This document shows positions 45,258 through 54,552 of a stretch of DNA of 64,000 nucleotides, in pieces (the first letter of the stretch is position 1; each line of letters starts with the position of its first letter). The notes beneath the pieces were generated by a model. That model had not been told where the DNA came from. It saw only the letters and a list, made by a program, of their open reading frames with translations, and did not search any database. The stretch covers positions 2,762-66,761 of the forward strand of contig MERI01000231.1 in assembly GCA_001772005.1 (NCBI GenBank), written 5' to 3'. Origin of the DNA: Betaproteobacteria bacterium RIFCSPLOWO2_12_FULL_62_58. GTDB taxonomy: Bacteria; Pseudomonadota; Gammaproteobacteria; Burkholderiales; SG8-41. A program made the translations under genes and the position numbers.

Positions 45258-46253
45258 TCAGCCAACCAAGGTCGAAATCGCCGCATCGAGACGGACCGCA
45301 TTGGGCAGGCAAGCGGCGGCAAGGCGAGGACTCGCGGGGATGTGCGTTTCAAGCGTACCCACGCGCTGGGCCGGCGCGCGCAACAGCAGCTCCGGGCCGT
45401 CCGACACGCACGCGATCACTTCGGCGCTGATGCCATAGCTCGCCCAACCTTCGTGCATCACTGCCAACCGGCCCGTCTTCCTTACCGATGCGCGTATTGC
45501 ATCGATATCGAGCGGACGAAGGCTGCGCAAATCAAACACCTCGATCGACACCCCGCGCTGCGCCCAGCGCTCGCGGGCGGACAGCGCATCGTGCACGCAG
45601 CGCCCGACGCACGCCAACGTCACGTCGGTACCCGCCATCTTTATGTCGGCCTTGCCCAACGGAACAAGATGCTCCCCTGCCGGGACGAAGCCCTTGACCC
45701 CGTAAAGCGGAATCTGCTCGAGAAAAATGACCGGGTTGTCGTCGCGTATCGCAGCCGCAAGCAGGCCCTTGGCATCGGACGGGGTGGCCGGCATAACGAC
45801 TTTGAGTCCCGGTATGTGCGCGAACCACGCCGCGTAAGAGTCCTGATGCGGGCCGCCGTCTTCCGGCTTGCTGCCGTCGCGCCCGCGCAGCACGTACGGG
45901 GCCGTGCGCCCGGTGGCGAGCTTGAGCCGCGCGCCACTCGTCACGATGTTGTCCGCCATGAACATGAGCATGTCGCTGTAGTAGAACTCGCCGACCGGAC
46001 GCAGCCCGCTCATCGCGGCCCCGCAGCAGGCGCCCGCGATCGCCATTTCGGAGATCGGCGTATCGATCACGCGCTCGCGGCCGAATTCTTCGAGCAAACC
46101 ACGCGACACACCGGCTATGCCGCCTTTGCGGCCGACATCCTCGCCGAGGAGGATCACCCGTTTGTCCCGCGCCATTTCCTGTCTCAGCGCCTCGTTAAGT
46201 GCTTCCCGAAATGTCAGGATGCGCGAGGCGATGTCTTTGGCTACGGCGCTCAC
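45258..46253 (-). CDS. 2-oxoacid dehydrogenase E1 component, beta subunit (transketolase-like)
   Basis: The GTG at 46253 overlaps the alpha-subunit TGA (GTGA). LTFREALNEALRQEMARDKRVILLGEDVG, IDTPISE. The long ORF to 46532 is an out-of-frame extension. Confidence 0.8.
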   Translation of the reverse strand: MSAVAKDIASRILTFREALNEALRQEMARDKRVILLGEDVGRKGGIAGVSRGLLEEFGRERVIDTPISEMAIAGACCGAAMSGLRPVGEFYYSDMLMFMADNIVTSGARLKLATGRTAPYVLRGRDGSKPEDGGPHQDSYAAWFAHIPGLKVVMPATPSDAKGLLAAAIRDDNPVIFLEQIPLYGVKGFVPAGEHLVPLGKADIKMAGTDVTLACVGRCVHDALSARERWAQRGVSIEVFDLRSLRPLDIDAIRASVRKTGRLAVMHEGWASYGISAEVIACVSDGPELLLRAPAQRVGTLETHIPASPRLAAACLPNAVRLDAAISTLVG

Positions 46254-47263
46254 TTGCTCACCCCTTCCGCATAAGGCCAGAATTCCGTGAGCGGATCGCC
46301 GCTCGCGTCCAGCATCGGCTGCTCGGCGGCCAAACGTTCTGCTTCCTCGATCCGCGCCCGCGCTGCCTTCACCATGCTGCGGTAATCGTCTTCCACCAAC
46401 AACCCGCGCTCCGACAGCATCCCCTTGAACCGCTGCACCGGGCAATTGCGCCGCGCGGCATCCTTTTCGGCCGCGGGCCGCAGTGCGTCGGCATCTTTCA
46501 CGGTCGAGCCGCCGAATCGATAGGTCTTGCATTCGATGAGCGTAGGGCCGCCGCCCGCCCGCGCCCGCTCGAGGGCATCGTCCACGGTTTGGTACACAGC
46601 AATCGCGTCATTGCCGTCCACCGTGATGCCCGGTATGCCGTAGCCTTCCGCCCGCCGCGACAGGTCTTTTACTCTCACTACGCTCGATATCGGTGTGGAG
46701 ACCGCGTAGCCGTTGTTCTCGATGATGATCACCAAGGGCAGATCCGCGAACGCGGCGAAGTTAACTCCCTCATGGAAATAACCGGTGTTTGTCGCGCCAT
46801 CGCCGAGCATGGTGACCACGACGTTTCCGGTTTTCAGATACTTTTGCGAGAGAGCAACACCGCCCGAGGTCACCAGGCCACTCCCCAGCATACCGGTCTG
46901 CGCGAGCACCCCTGCGTCGGGCACCGGACTGTGCCAGTGTGCCCAGCGGCCATTCGCGATGCCACCGGCGCGGTCGAAGAAGGTGGTCATCAAATCCCTG
47001 AGCGACGCACCACGACACAGGTAGACGCCCATACCGCGTATGGAGGGACAGATGAGATCCGAGGGCCGTATGGCGGCGCAAGTGCCCACGGCGATTGCTT
47101 CCTGCCCCAGGCTCAGGTGAAATTCACCCACCATGTGCACGCGCGCCTTCCACAGTTCCTCGCAGCGCGTTTCGAATTCACGCACGAGCACAAGCTGCTC
47201 CATCATCCTCCGCAGCGTCTCGCGCCCCGGTTCCTTGCCTGTGTTTGCAGCGTTCACCAGCAC
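46250..47263 (-). CDS. 2-oxoacid dehydrogenase E1 component, alpha subunit (TPP-binding)
   Basis: The TPP motif GDGATNTG...NNGYA. Notably YRFGGS stands where E1 alpha subunits normally have YR..GHS. Confidence 0.8.
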   Translation of the reverse strand: MLVNAANTGKEPGRETLRRMMEQLVLVREFETRCEELWKARVHMVGEFHLSLGQEAIAVGTCAAIRPSDLICPSIRGMGVYLCRGASLRDLMTTFFDRAGGIANGRWAHWHSPVPDAGVLAQTGMLGSGLVTSGGVALSQKYLKTGNVVVTMLGDGATNTGYFHEGVNFAAFADLPLVIIIENNGYAVSTPISSVVRVKDLSRRAEGYGIPGITVDGNDAIAVYQTVDDALERARAGGGPTLIECKTYRFGGSTVKDADALRPAAEKDAARRNCPVQRFKGMLSERGLLVEDDYRSMVKAARARIEEAERLAAEQPMLDASGDPLTEFWPYAEGVSK

Positions 47264-47329
47264 TCCTTGGTCATCGAATCAATCCAATGCCGGCGCGGAC
47301 CCCGTTGCCGGGCGATATACGCGCCATCG

Positions 47330-47497
47330 TTACGATACCGGTGTGAGCACCGGCTGCCCCGCGGAGTGCGCGCGCAAATTCGCGAGCAGCAACGCGCCCC
47401 GCTCTTCCTGGATTTCCTGGGTCGAAGTACCGATGTGTGCGGTCAAGACGACGTTCTCCAAGTTCACCAAGGCCCGTGGTAGACGCGGTTCGTCGCC
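47330..47497 (-). pseudogene. C-terminal fragment of a D-isomer-specific 2-hydroxyacid dehydrogenase
   Basis: The minus strand reads DEPRLPRALVNLENVVLTAHIGTSTQEIQEERGALLLANLRAHSAGQPVLTPVS*, the family's catalytic-His region and tail. No upstream Rossmann domain. Confidence 0.6.
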
Positions 47498-47643
47498 CTA
47501 CTTCATCACCATCTTGACGTCGTCCTTGATCGTGCCCAGCTCCTTGCCCAGCCACAACGCCTCGACCGCGTTCTTGCTCGCGGTCTGGATCGCCTCCATC
47601 GGGCTCATTTCGAGCTTCACGTAGATCTCAAGCTCGCGCGCGT
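47498..47643 (-). pseudogene. C-terminal fragment of an amidohydrolase paralog (internally deleted)
   Basis: The minus strand reads DARELEIYVKLEMSPMEAIQTASKNAVEALWLGKELGTIKDDVKMVMK*. It is collinear with residues near the C-termini of 27740..29101 and 54553..55887, minus about 25 codons. Confidence 0.65.
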
Positions 47644-48644
47644 CGAGCGGTTGAGAGCAAGCGGGAGACATCTCAATTGTACTTCACTTAACAAGACCCG
47701 CTTCGAAGAGCGCTCCTCTGAGCTGGATCTCGAGTTTCCCGAGGTAATACGCAGTATCCTTACTTCCGAGATAGTTGCTTACCCAGTGTTCCTTATCGAG
47801 ATTCCTACGCCATTCTTCAGTACGAACGAGTCTTCCAAAAGCGCTATCCCAGTAGGCGATCTGAACCGCAGTCATGTCTGGCGCTCCGAGGATAAATCTG
47901 GAAGCCGAGAAATCCATCTCTCCTCCCTGTTCTTTCCATGTCGGTACGTCGGCGAACTCTCCGGGAAGCCGTGCCTGTGACGTAATTCCAATCATTCTTA
48001 ACCGACCGGACTTTGACGCGCTCAACGCCGGCGCCGCCAGAATGATCCCGACATCGACGTGACCACCCATAATGGCCGTGGCAGCATGCGCGTTCGACTG
48101 AAAAACCACCGTCTTAAGCCTGCTCGCGTCGATCCCATTAGCTTTTGCCACAAGTGCCATGGCTAAATGAGCAGTCCCTCCACGCGCAGCACCGATTGCC
48201 AAACTTAACGATGTAGGATCCGCCCTGAGTCGTTGCAGCATATCGCGTCCGGACTTCAACGCCGAATCTGCATTAACGACTGCGACAAGATATTCATTGT
48301 AGAGCAGCGCCACCGCAGAAAACTCCGAATAGTGGAGCTTTGATCTGCCAATGATGTGGTTAGTCAAGACATTGATGGCGCCATTCAACAAATAATGGCC
48401 ATCGCCCCGAAATTGGCTCAAGTAGGTGAGACCGATCGTGGCTGCACCGCCTGGCTTGTTGACGAGAATGATCGGCGCGCCGACCATACCGTATTTCTGA
48501 AATATCTGTTGAACGATTCGGGCACTGGTGTCGTTCGCGCCGCCCGCTCCCGACGGAATAACGATTTCTACGTTGCGGTCCGGGCTCCAGCTAGCTTGCT
48601 GAGCCTCCGCAATTCCGAAAACCAACAGTCCAAGAACAAAGCAC
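47630..48644. repeat. ~1.0-kb diverged direct repeat, copy A (partner 49700..50719, offset 2075 nt)
   Basis: By-eye nucleotide alignment is collinear from ~55 nt downstream of the TctC stop through the signal-peptide codons, at roughly 80% identity. Confidence 0.7.
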
Positions 48645-48745
48645 GCAAGTGCCTCATAGCGGAGCGTTGCTGCATAACGAGCTAGCTTTCGTGTCGTACC
48701 CTTGCCTTGTGCGCCGGTAGCGGGCTTGATCATGGTCCGGCTCAT
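47684..48745 (-). CDS. TctC-type substrate-binding protein, duplicate copy 1, with a PrpD-derived N-terminal leader
   Basis: The mature part (SWSPDRNVEIVIPSGAGGAND...) is ~80% identical to 49747..50778. The N-terminus (GKGTTRKLARYAATLRYEAL) matches PrpD N-termini. ATG 48745 lies ~9 nt after GGGAGA; the ORF opens at 48793. Confidence 0.75.
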   Translation of the reverse strand: MSRTMIKPATGAQGKGTTRKLARYAATLRYEALACFVLGLLVFGIAEAQQASWSPDRNVEIVIPSGAGGANDTSARIVQQIFQKYGMVGAPIILVNKPGGAATIGLTYLSQFRGDGHYLLNGAINVLTNHIIGRSKLHYSEFSAVALLYNEYLVAVVNADSALKSGRDMLQRLRADPTSLSLAIGAARGGTAHLAMALVAKANGIDASRLKTVVFQSNAHAATAIMGGHVDVGIILAAPALSASKSGRLRMIGITSQARLPGEFADVPTWKEQGGEMDFSASRFILGAPDMTAVQIAYWDSAFGRLVRTEEWRRNLDKEHWVSNYLGSKDTAYYLGKLEIQLRGALFEAGLVK

Positions 48746-48767
48746 GCTATTCATTCTCCCGGATAAC

Positions 48768-49592
48768 CTACTTTGGATCCTTGCTGGCGCCATGTTTATC
48801 GACTTTACCTTCGAGCCAAGCAGTGGAACGCACGGCGCAATAGCGGACGATGTTCGGCCCGTCTACGGAGACACGGCTTGGCGCACCTTTCGGAATGTAA
48901 ATGATGTCTCCCGCATGAACCCGCTTGTCCTCCCCGGCGACGCGTGCGTCAAGGCCTCCTCTGAGGATATAGACAAACGTCTCATGTAATGCGCTCGTTT
49001 CTTCTTCAACCTCTCCTGGCAGCAGCTCGACAAATCCAAATGCCAGTCGTTCGCCGGAGACCCAGTGCTCGCGATGCCCTGAGGCGGGTGGGGCGTCAAG
49101 GGAATCGATTATTTCGTAGTAGCACTCGCCCAGCCCCTCGATGATGGCCTGCGATTTCTCCGGCTGTTTTTTCCCACCGGGCCATCTACCGGCGTCATGT
49201 GCTTGTGCGACTTCCTCTGGTGTAGGCGCAAGCTCCGGCGGTGCCTCGTCCGCGGCGATGCCTATCAGCGACCACGTGCGGTCCTTAATGTAAAGATAGT
49301 CCATCGGTCCATCCTCGGTCGCCCTCATGGAATGCCTGGCATTAGCCGGAACATGCACGAAAGTACCGGGAGATACAATTCGTCGGTCCTTTCCCACGAT
49401 AGCGTTAATCTTGCCGCGGAGTGGGAAAATCATCAGTTCGTTGGGATGGTAGTGCAACTCTGAACCTGTTCCTGTATTTTTATGTATTGTGCGGAAGTAC
49501 ATGTACCGACCTTCGATCGTTCTCCCTTCACCAGTTGACAAGTGGGGATTGAATCGCTCTATGTCGAGACCTTCAAAACGGTAAAAAGGCAT
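48768..49592 (-). CDS. Bicupin protein
   Basis: Two cupin barrels (LHYHPNELMIFPLRGKI...HVPANARH; second barrel ...ETFVYILRGGL...YIPKGAP). GAGGA SD. Confidence 0.7.
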   Translation of the reverse strand: MPFYRFEGLDIERFNPHLSTGEGRTIEGRYMYFRTIHKNTGTGSELHYHPNELMIFPLRGKINAIVGKDRRIVSPGTFVHVPANARHSMRATEDGPMDYLYIKDRTWSLIGIAADEAPPELAPTPEEVAQAHDAGRWPGGKKQPEKSQAIIEGLGECYYEIIDSLDAPPASGHREHWVSGERLAFGFVELLPGEVEEETSALHETFVYILRGGLDARVAGEDKRVHAGDIIYIPKGAPSRVSVDGPNIVRYCAVRSTAWLEGKVDKHGASKDPK

Positions 49593-49699
49593 GGCAGGTC
49601 CTCATCGGCTGGCTTCACAAAGGTGCACAGCGTCAGCCAACCTCCTTAAGATACGACAAAGCGGGTCGTTCTCGGCAGGGGACGATCGCGCAGTCATCA

Positions 49700-50719
49700 G
49701 CCTCGTACGCGTCAAACGGTTGAGCGCAACTAGGAGACGTTCTAATCTAATCGGCACTTCGTTTAACAAGCCCCGTATCAGAAAGTGCGCCTCTAAGCTG
49801 GATCTCGAGTCTCTGAAGGTAATGCGTAGTATCCCCACTTCCGAGATAGTTGCTTACCAAGCGTCCCTTATCGAGCGTCCTACGCCATTCTTCAGTATTA
49901 ACGAGGTTTGCAAAAGCGCCATCCCAGTAAGCAATTTGAGCTGCAGTCATCCCTGGAGCTCCCAAGATAAACCTGGAAGCCGAGAATTCCACATCTCCTC
50001 CCTGTTCTTTCCATGTCGGGATGTTGGCGAGGTCTCCGCTAAGCCGTACCCGTGATGTAATCCCAATGATTCTCAACTGCCCGGACTCCAGTCCGCTCAA
50101 CGCTGGTGCCGGCAGTATGAAGGCGCCATCGACGTGACCTCCCATGACGGCCGTGACAGATTCCGCGAACGATTTAAAACCCACCGTCCTGAACGTCCGC
50201 ACATCGATTCCGTTAGCTTTTGCCACCAGTGCCATAGCTAAATGGGCAGTCCCTCCGGGTGCGGCACCGATTGCCAGACTTAATGACGTCGGATCCGCCT
50301 TGAGCCGTCGCAGCATTTCGCGCCCGGACTTCAACGGTGAATCTGCCTTGACGACGGTGACAAGGTACTCATTATGTAGCAGTGCGACCGGAGAGAAGTC
50401 TGAATAGCGTAGCTTTGACCTGCCAATGATGTAGTTGGTCAAGACATTGATGGCGGCGTTCAACAGATAATGAGCATCGCCTCGAAACTGGCTCAAGTAG
50501 GTGAGGCCAATCGTGCCTGCACCTCCCGGCTTGTTCACCGCAACGATCGGCCTGCTGACGATACCGTGCTTCTGAAATATCTGCTGGACAATTCGCGCAG
50601 TGGTGTCATTGGCGCCTCCTGCTCCCGCCGGAATGACGATTTCTATGTTGCGGTCGGGACTCCAGCTAGCTTGCTGAGCTTCAGCAATTCCGAACGCCAA
50701 AAACACAAAGAGAAAGCAC
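49700..50719. repeat. ~1.0-kb diverged direct repeat, copy B
   Basis: See copy A. Landmarks AACAAG (47690 vs 49765) and AAAGCAC (48638 vs 50713) are both offset by 2075 nt. Confidence 0.7.
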
Positions 50720-50778
50720 ATAATGCGGCATGCGATTACTCTTTTCATACAGGGAACAAAGCAGGCTCTATCGAGCAT
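49747..50778 (-). CDS. TctC-type substrate-binding protein, duplicate copy 2
   Basis: Signal peptide (IMCFLFVFLAFGIAEA), then SWSPDRNIEIVIPAGAGGAND. An alternative start at 50748 is possible. Confidence 0.8.
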   Translation of the reverse strand: MLDRACFVPCMKRVIACRIMCFLFVFLAFGIAEAQQASWSPDRNIEIVIPAGAGGANDTTARIVQQIFQKHGIVSRPIVAVNKPGGAGTIGLTYLSQFRGDAHYLLNAAINVLTNYIIGRSKLRYSDFSPVALLHNEYLVTVVKADSPLKSGREMLRRLKADPTSLSLAIGAAPGGTAHLAMALVAKANGIDVRTFRTVGFKSFAESVTAVMGGHVDGAFILPAPALSGLESGQLRIIGITSRVRLSGDLANIPTWKEQGGDVEFSASRFILGAPGMTAAQIAYWDGAFANLVNTEEWRRTLDKGRLVSNYLGSGDTTHYLQRLEIQLRGALSDTGLVKRSAD

Positions 50779-51002
50779 AGTACCGTCTCCCCTCTAAAAG
50801 CCACCTCAAAAAAACCCTTCATATCTCTGTAATTTGATCAGCACTATTCCGTAAACCCGGTCGATCGCACGCTTGGGGAACGTAGCGATGACCAGCCATG
50901 TATTTTCATGGCAGTAATCCTACTAGCAAGATTGCGGAAAGCGAAAAAGGCTTTACAAAAGACATGGTGTTCTCCTACTGTGGTTCATTGTCAGCAAATG
51001 CA

Positions 51003-52040
51003 TTAGTCAACAGCGACCCCCGACTTCTTAACTACTTCAGCCCATTTAACGATTTCGGTTTTGATAAGAGTGGCGAACTCGTTGGGGGTGCTACTGAATG
51101 GTTCGGCGCCATCGCCGGCGAGGCGTTCCTTGATGTCGGGCATGTCAAGAATCGTCACAAACTCCACATTGAGTTTGGTGATTATGCCTCTGGGGAGGCC
51201 GGCTGGACCGACAACTCCATACCACGCTACAGCCTCGTACTCAGGCACGCCCGCTTCCGCTAACGTAGGCACGTGCGGAAGCGCCGTTAACCGCTTTGAA
51301 TCGGTCACGGCCAGCGGCCTCAGATTCGCAGACTTGATCTGGGACATCGCGACCGGCATGTTCGCGAAAACCAGTTGCACTCGTCCGCCTAGCAAGTCTG
51401 CAAGAGCCAGATTCGCCCCTCGATATGGAATGTGAACTATGTTGATGCCCGCCAGAGATTTGAATAACTCCCCGGCGAGATGGGGGGAGGTACCGACACC
51501 CCCGGAGCCAAAATTGAGTTGTCTGGGCCTGGATTTCGCAAGGGCGATCAGCTGCCTGACCGTTTTCGCCGGCGTCGATGGGTTTATCAGCAAAACGAGG
51601 GGTACCCTGGCCACCAGAGATATCGGTGCGAAATCTCTGGTTACGTCATAAGGCAACTTGCTGTGGATACTGGGATTGATGACGAAGCTGCTCGCCACGA
51701 GAAGAATCGTGTAGCCATCAGGGGCAGTTTTCGCGGCGATACCGGTACCGATGATGCTACCCCCTCCGGGCCGGTTATCGACCACCACCGATTGCTGCAC
51801 CTTTTCAGCAAGCTTCTGTCCGATAGCTCTCGCCAAAATATCCGAAGATCCACCCGGCGGGAAAGCGACGATGAAGCGAATCGGTTTATCAGGATATTTG
51901 CTCGCGTGAACCCCGATTGCCGCAACGACGGACCCTGCAACCACGAAGAACAAGGTAGCAAAGCGCAATACAAGATTCATGGCGCGCCTCCAAACAGATC
52001 GTGTCACACAAGCAGCGGAGAGGGCTCCTGCGTAAACCAA
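51003..52040 (-). CDS. Bug-family substrate-binding protein
   Basis: YPDKPIRFIVAFPPGGSSD. The probable start is MNLVLRF at 51980. Confidence 0.85.
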   Translation of the reverse strand: MVYAGALSAACVTRSVWRRAMNLVLRFATLFFVVAGSVVAAIGVHASKYPDKPIRFIVAFPPGGSSDILARAIGQKLAEKVQQSVVVDNRPGGGSIIGTGIAAKTAPDGYTILLVASSFVINPSIHSKLPYDVTRDFAPISLVARVPLVLLINPSTPAKTVRQLIALAKSRPRQLNFGSGGVGTSPHLAGELFKSLAGINIVHIPYRGANLALADLLGGRVQLVFANMPVAMSQIKSANLRPLAVTDSKRLTALPHVPTLAEAGVPEYEAVAWYGVVGPAGLPRGIITKLNVEFVTILDMPDIKERLAGDGAEPFSSTPNEFATLIKTEIVKWAEVVKKSGVAVD

Positions 52041-52073
52041 TTATCAACCCTTGAAACTACTTTTTCGTGCTCC

Positions 52074-53513
52074 TCAAGTATGAACAATGTCCATCAATCG
52101 AGAAATATCCTCGGCCCTTTCCAGGTTCTGAACAATGTCAATCGATTCATCGATTTTTTCTCGGGATAGAACCACCTCTGCGCAGCTACGATATTTTTCA
52201 AGGAGTTCGTCCCATGAAGGCGGGGTTGCGGGCTCCCACGGTCCTTTATCCACCCGGCACGTGTGCGCCACGCCATTCCGCAATTTGATCGTCACCATAC
52301 ACCCGAATGGAGCTGCCTCCGGGTTATAACCGAGCGCAGCCATATCTGGCGATACGACCATTTTCACCCTTCTCATCACGGCTAACGTTTTGGGTTCATT
52401 GACTCTGTCATCCGTAATTGCGGTGATGACGACTCGTCCCTCGAGAAGAGCAAGTGCTACACAAAACTCCAGACTGTACTTGGCTTCGAACTTATTCTTG
52501 GGTGAAGGATATTTAAGAAGATCAGCCACCGCTGGGGTCACACTGCACTCGACGGATTCGACATCGTCAGCCGAAAATGCGTGCTTCTGTTTTAGTTCTA
52601 ATACCCCTTGAATAGCATTGTGGGAGCGCGTGCAGGTCGGAAAACGTTTGAGCGTTATGCCCGGCGACTCGAACTCGTACGGGGCACCGAGGTGCTTGAG
52701 GATCTTGTCGCCGCCCGCGCCACCGCCAAAGGTTTGCAAGAAACCGTTCCTCGCTTCAAACACGTCGGTAGGCCCGGTAAACCCCATCTGGGCCAGCTTC
52801 GTCGCGACCACGCCGTTCTCTGCGCCCCTGCCGCCCCCATAGGCTTTGCTCATGGTGCCCATCGTCGCCCTCAGCCCGGACGCCTCCTGAGCCGCGATGC
52901 CTAAAGCATTAGCCATCTGACCCACATCCAAGCCCAGAAGCTTTCCGGATGCTGCGGTGGCACCGAAGGTGCCGAGTACCGCCAAAGGATGCCAACCTTT
53001 CTTCTGAAAGCCGGGTCTGATTGCGGCCGAAATCTTGTCCGAAATTTCTACGCCCAGGACGTGGGCCGTTATGAGGGCTTTCCCCGTCGACCGGCACTGT
53101 TCGCCGACAGCCCACATGGCTGCGCAAACGGGCACCGACGGATGGTGCATGTTAACGACGGAGATATCGCTGAATCCTATGACGTCGGCTGAGGTCCCAT
53201 TGATTAAGGCTGCATCTCGAACCGCGCTCTTGAAACCTTTTCCGATGACCGACGCGACGGGCGAACTTCCAGCTTCCTTGGCGAATCGGCAGAGAATGGA
53301 GGGGGCCTCTTCAACCGATCCCGCGAGAGTAATCCCTAGCGTGTCCAGAAATGAATTCTTGGCCAGGCGAACAACCTCAGCAGGAATATCTTCGTACCTC
53401 GTCCGCACAATGAACTCCGCCAACTTCGCCGTAACCGGAGCCTGCGGTTGTCTTGACTCCTCCAGATCCCCATCAGTCTTCATCGTTCCGTCCTCGGATC
53501 GAGGCATGGTCAA
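52074..53513 (-). CDS. MmgE/PrpD family protein (paralog 7)
   Basis: LAEFIVRTRYEDIPAEVVRLAKNSFLDTLGITLAG. Collinear with paralog 4. Start uncertain: TTG 53513, or ATG 53483 with a GAGGA SD. Confidence 0.85.
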   Translation of the reverse strand: MTMPRSEDGTMKTDGDLEESRQPQAPVTAKLAEFIVRTRYEDIPAEVVRLAKNSFLDTLGITLAGSVEEAPSILCRFAKEAGSSPVASVIGKGFKSAVRDAALINGTSADVIGFSDISVVNMHHPSVPVCAAMWAVGEQCRSTGKALITAHVLGVEISDKISAAIRPGFQKKGWHPLAVLGTFGATAASGKLLGLDVGQMANALGIAAQEASGLRATMGTMSKAYGGGRGAENGVVATKLAQMGFTGPTDVFEARNGFLQTFGGGAGGDKILKHLGAPYEFESPGITLKRFPTCTRSHNAIQGVLELKQKHAFSADDVESVECSVTPAVADLLKYPSPKNKFEAKYSLEFCVALALLEGRVVITAITDDRVNEPKTLAVMRRVKMVVSPDMAALGYNPEAAPFGCMVTIKLRNGVAHTCRVDKGPWEPATPPSWDELLEKYRSCAEVVLSREKIDESIDIVQNLERAEDISRLMDIVHT

Positions 53514-54493
53514 AGGCGAGATATCTGCCCGCCGATCGGCAATTTCACTCCGAGCCCTCGCTCTCTTGCTGCAAGCAACACCCTGGCAGCAACGAATAAA
53601 TCCTGAACGGCCATGCCATGGGACTCAAATAGCGTAATCTGCATCGGCGAGGTGCGCAGTGGCGCACGGCCGGCCACGGCGTCTTTCAGTTCAACAAGTG
53701 TCTCCCAGTGCAGATATCCACCCTCAACCAAGGGTAGGAGATCACCGCTCTCATTCTTTGCAATGTCTCTCGAATCCACCACCACGATATCGCACTTACG
53801 CACGGTGTCAGCGTCGATTTCCCGGCGAGTTAATGTATTTGATCCTACGGCGTTGATATGCTGACCGGCTTCCACCCATTCACCTCGAAACACCGGACTA
53901 GCCGCTCGCGTGATCGTCGTTACGATATCGCTACCACGTGCTGCAGCCTCGGCGGATTCCGCCGGGACGGCATCAATTTCGAGTTCCTCGCTCATCGATC
54001 GGCAGAAGTTCTGCAGTTTTTCCGAGTTACGGGAAAAGACTTTGGCTTTGCCGATGTTCCTGACCGCACAAAGAGCTTCTAGCTGCCCCCTTGCCTGCCA
54101 GCCGGCGCCAAACAGGCCAACCTGCGCTGATTCTTCTCGCGACAAATAACGCGTGGCGAGACCGCTCGCTGCCCCAGTGCGCATCATCCCCAAGAAGTCT
54201 GCCTCGATGATCGCGGACAGAGCGCCACTCGCGGTGTCGTAAAGATAAACATGGCGGTGCCGCGCGGTATCGCTAAGCTTCGGCGCGTAATAGGCTTTGT
54301 ATCCCACTACTCCCAGCTCAGGCGCGGCGCCTTGCAAAATATTAAGGTTGCCTGTGGGAAGTCGTGTCCTCTGCCGCGGCATATCAACGGCTTTCGCCGC
54401 AGCGAGAGATTTCATCGCGTGTTCCACTGCTTCCAACGCCACGCCCATCGTGAGCACCTGGCGAACATCGGCCTCGGTCAAGTAATACGCCAT
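53510..54493 (-). CDS. Ornithine cyclodeaminase / mu-crystallin family protein
   Basis: The N-terminal LTEADVRQVL.. layout, the Rossmann motif GLFGAGWQARGQLEAL, and a length of about 325 aa. Confidence 0.75.
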   Translation of the reverse strand: MAYYLTEADVRQVLTMGVALEAVEHAMKSLAAAKAVDMPRQRTRLPTGNLNILQGAAPELGVVGYKAYYAPKLSDTARHRHVYLYDTASGALSAIIEADFLGMMRTGAASGLATRYLSREESAQVGLFGAGWQARGQLEALCAVRNIGKAKVFSRNSEKLQNFCRSMSEELEIDAVPAESAEAAARGSDIVTTITRAASPVFRGEWVEAGQHINAVGSNTLTRREIDADTVRKCDIVVVDSRDIAKNESGDLLPLVEGGYLHWETLVELKDAVAGRAPLRTSPMQITLFESHGMAVQDLFVAARVLLAARERGLGVKLPIGGQISRL

Positions 54494-54552
54494 GACCGCC
54501 TAACGTCAGCGAAGATCAAACCTGCACCGACTAATTGCCATTGGCCCGCGCA

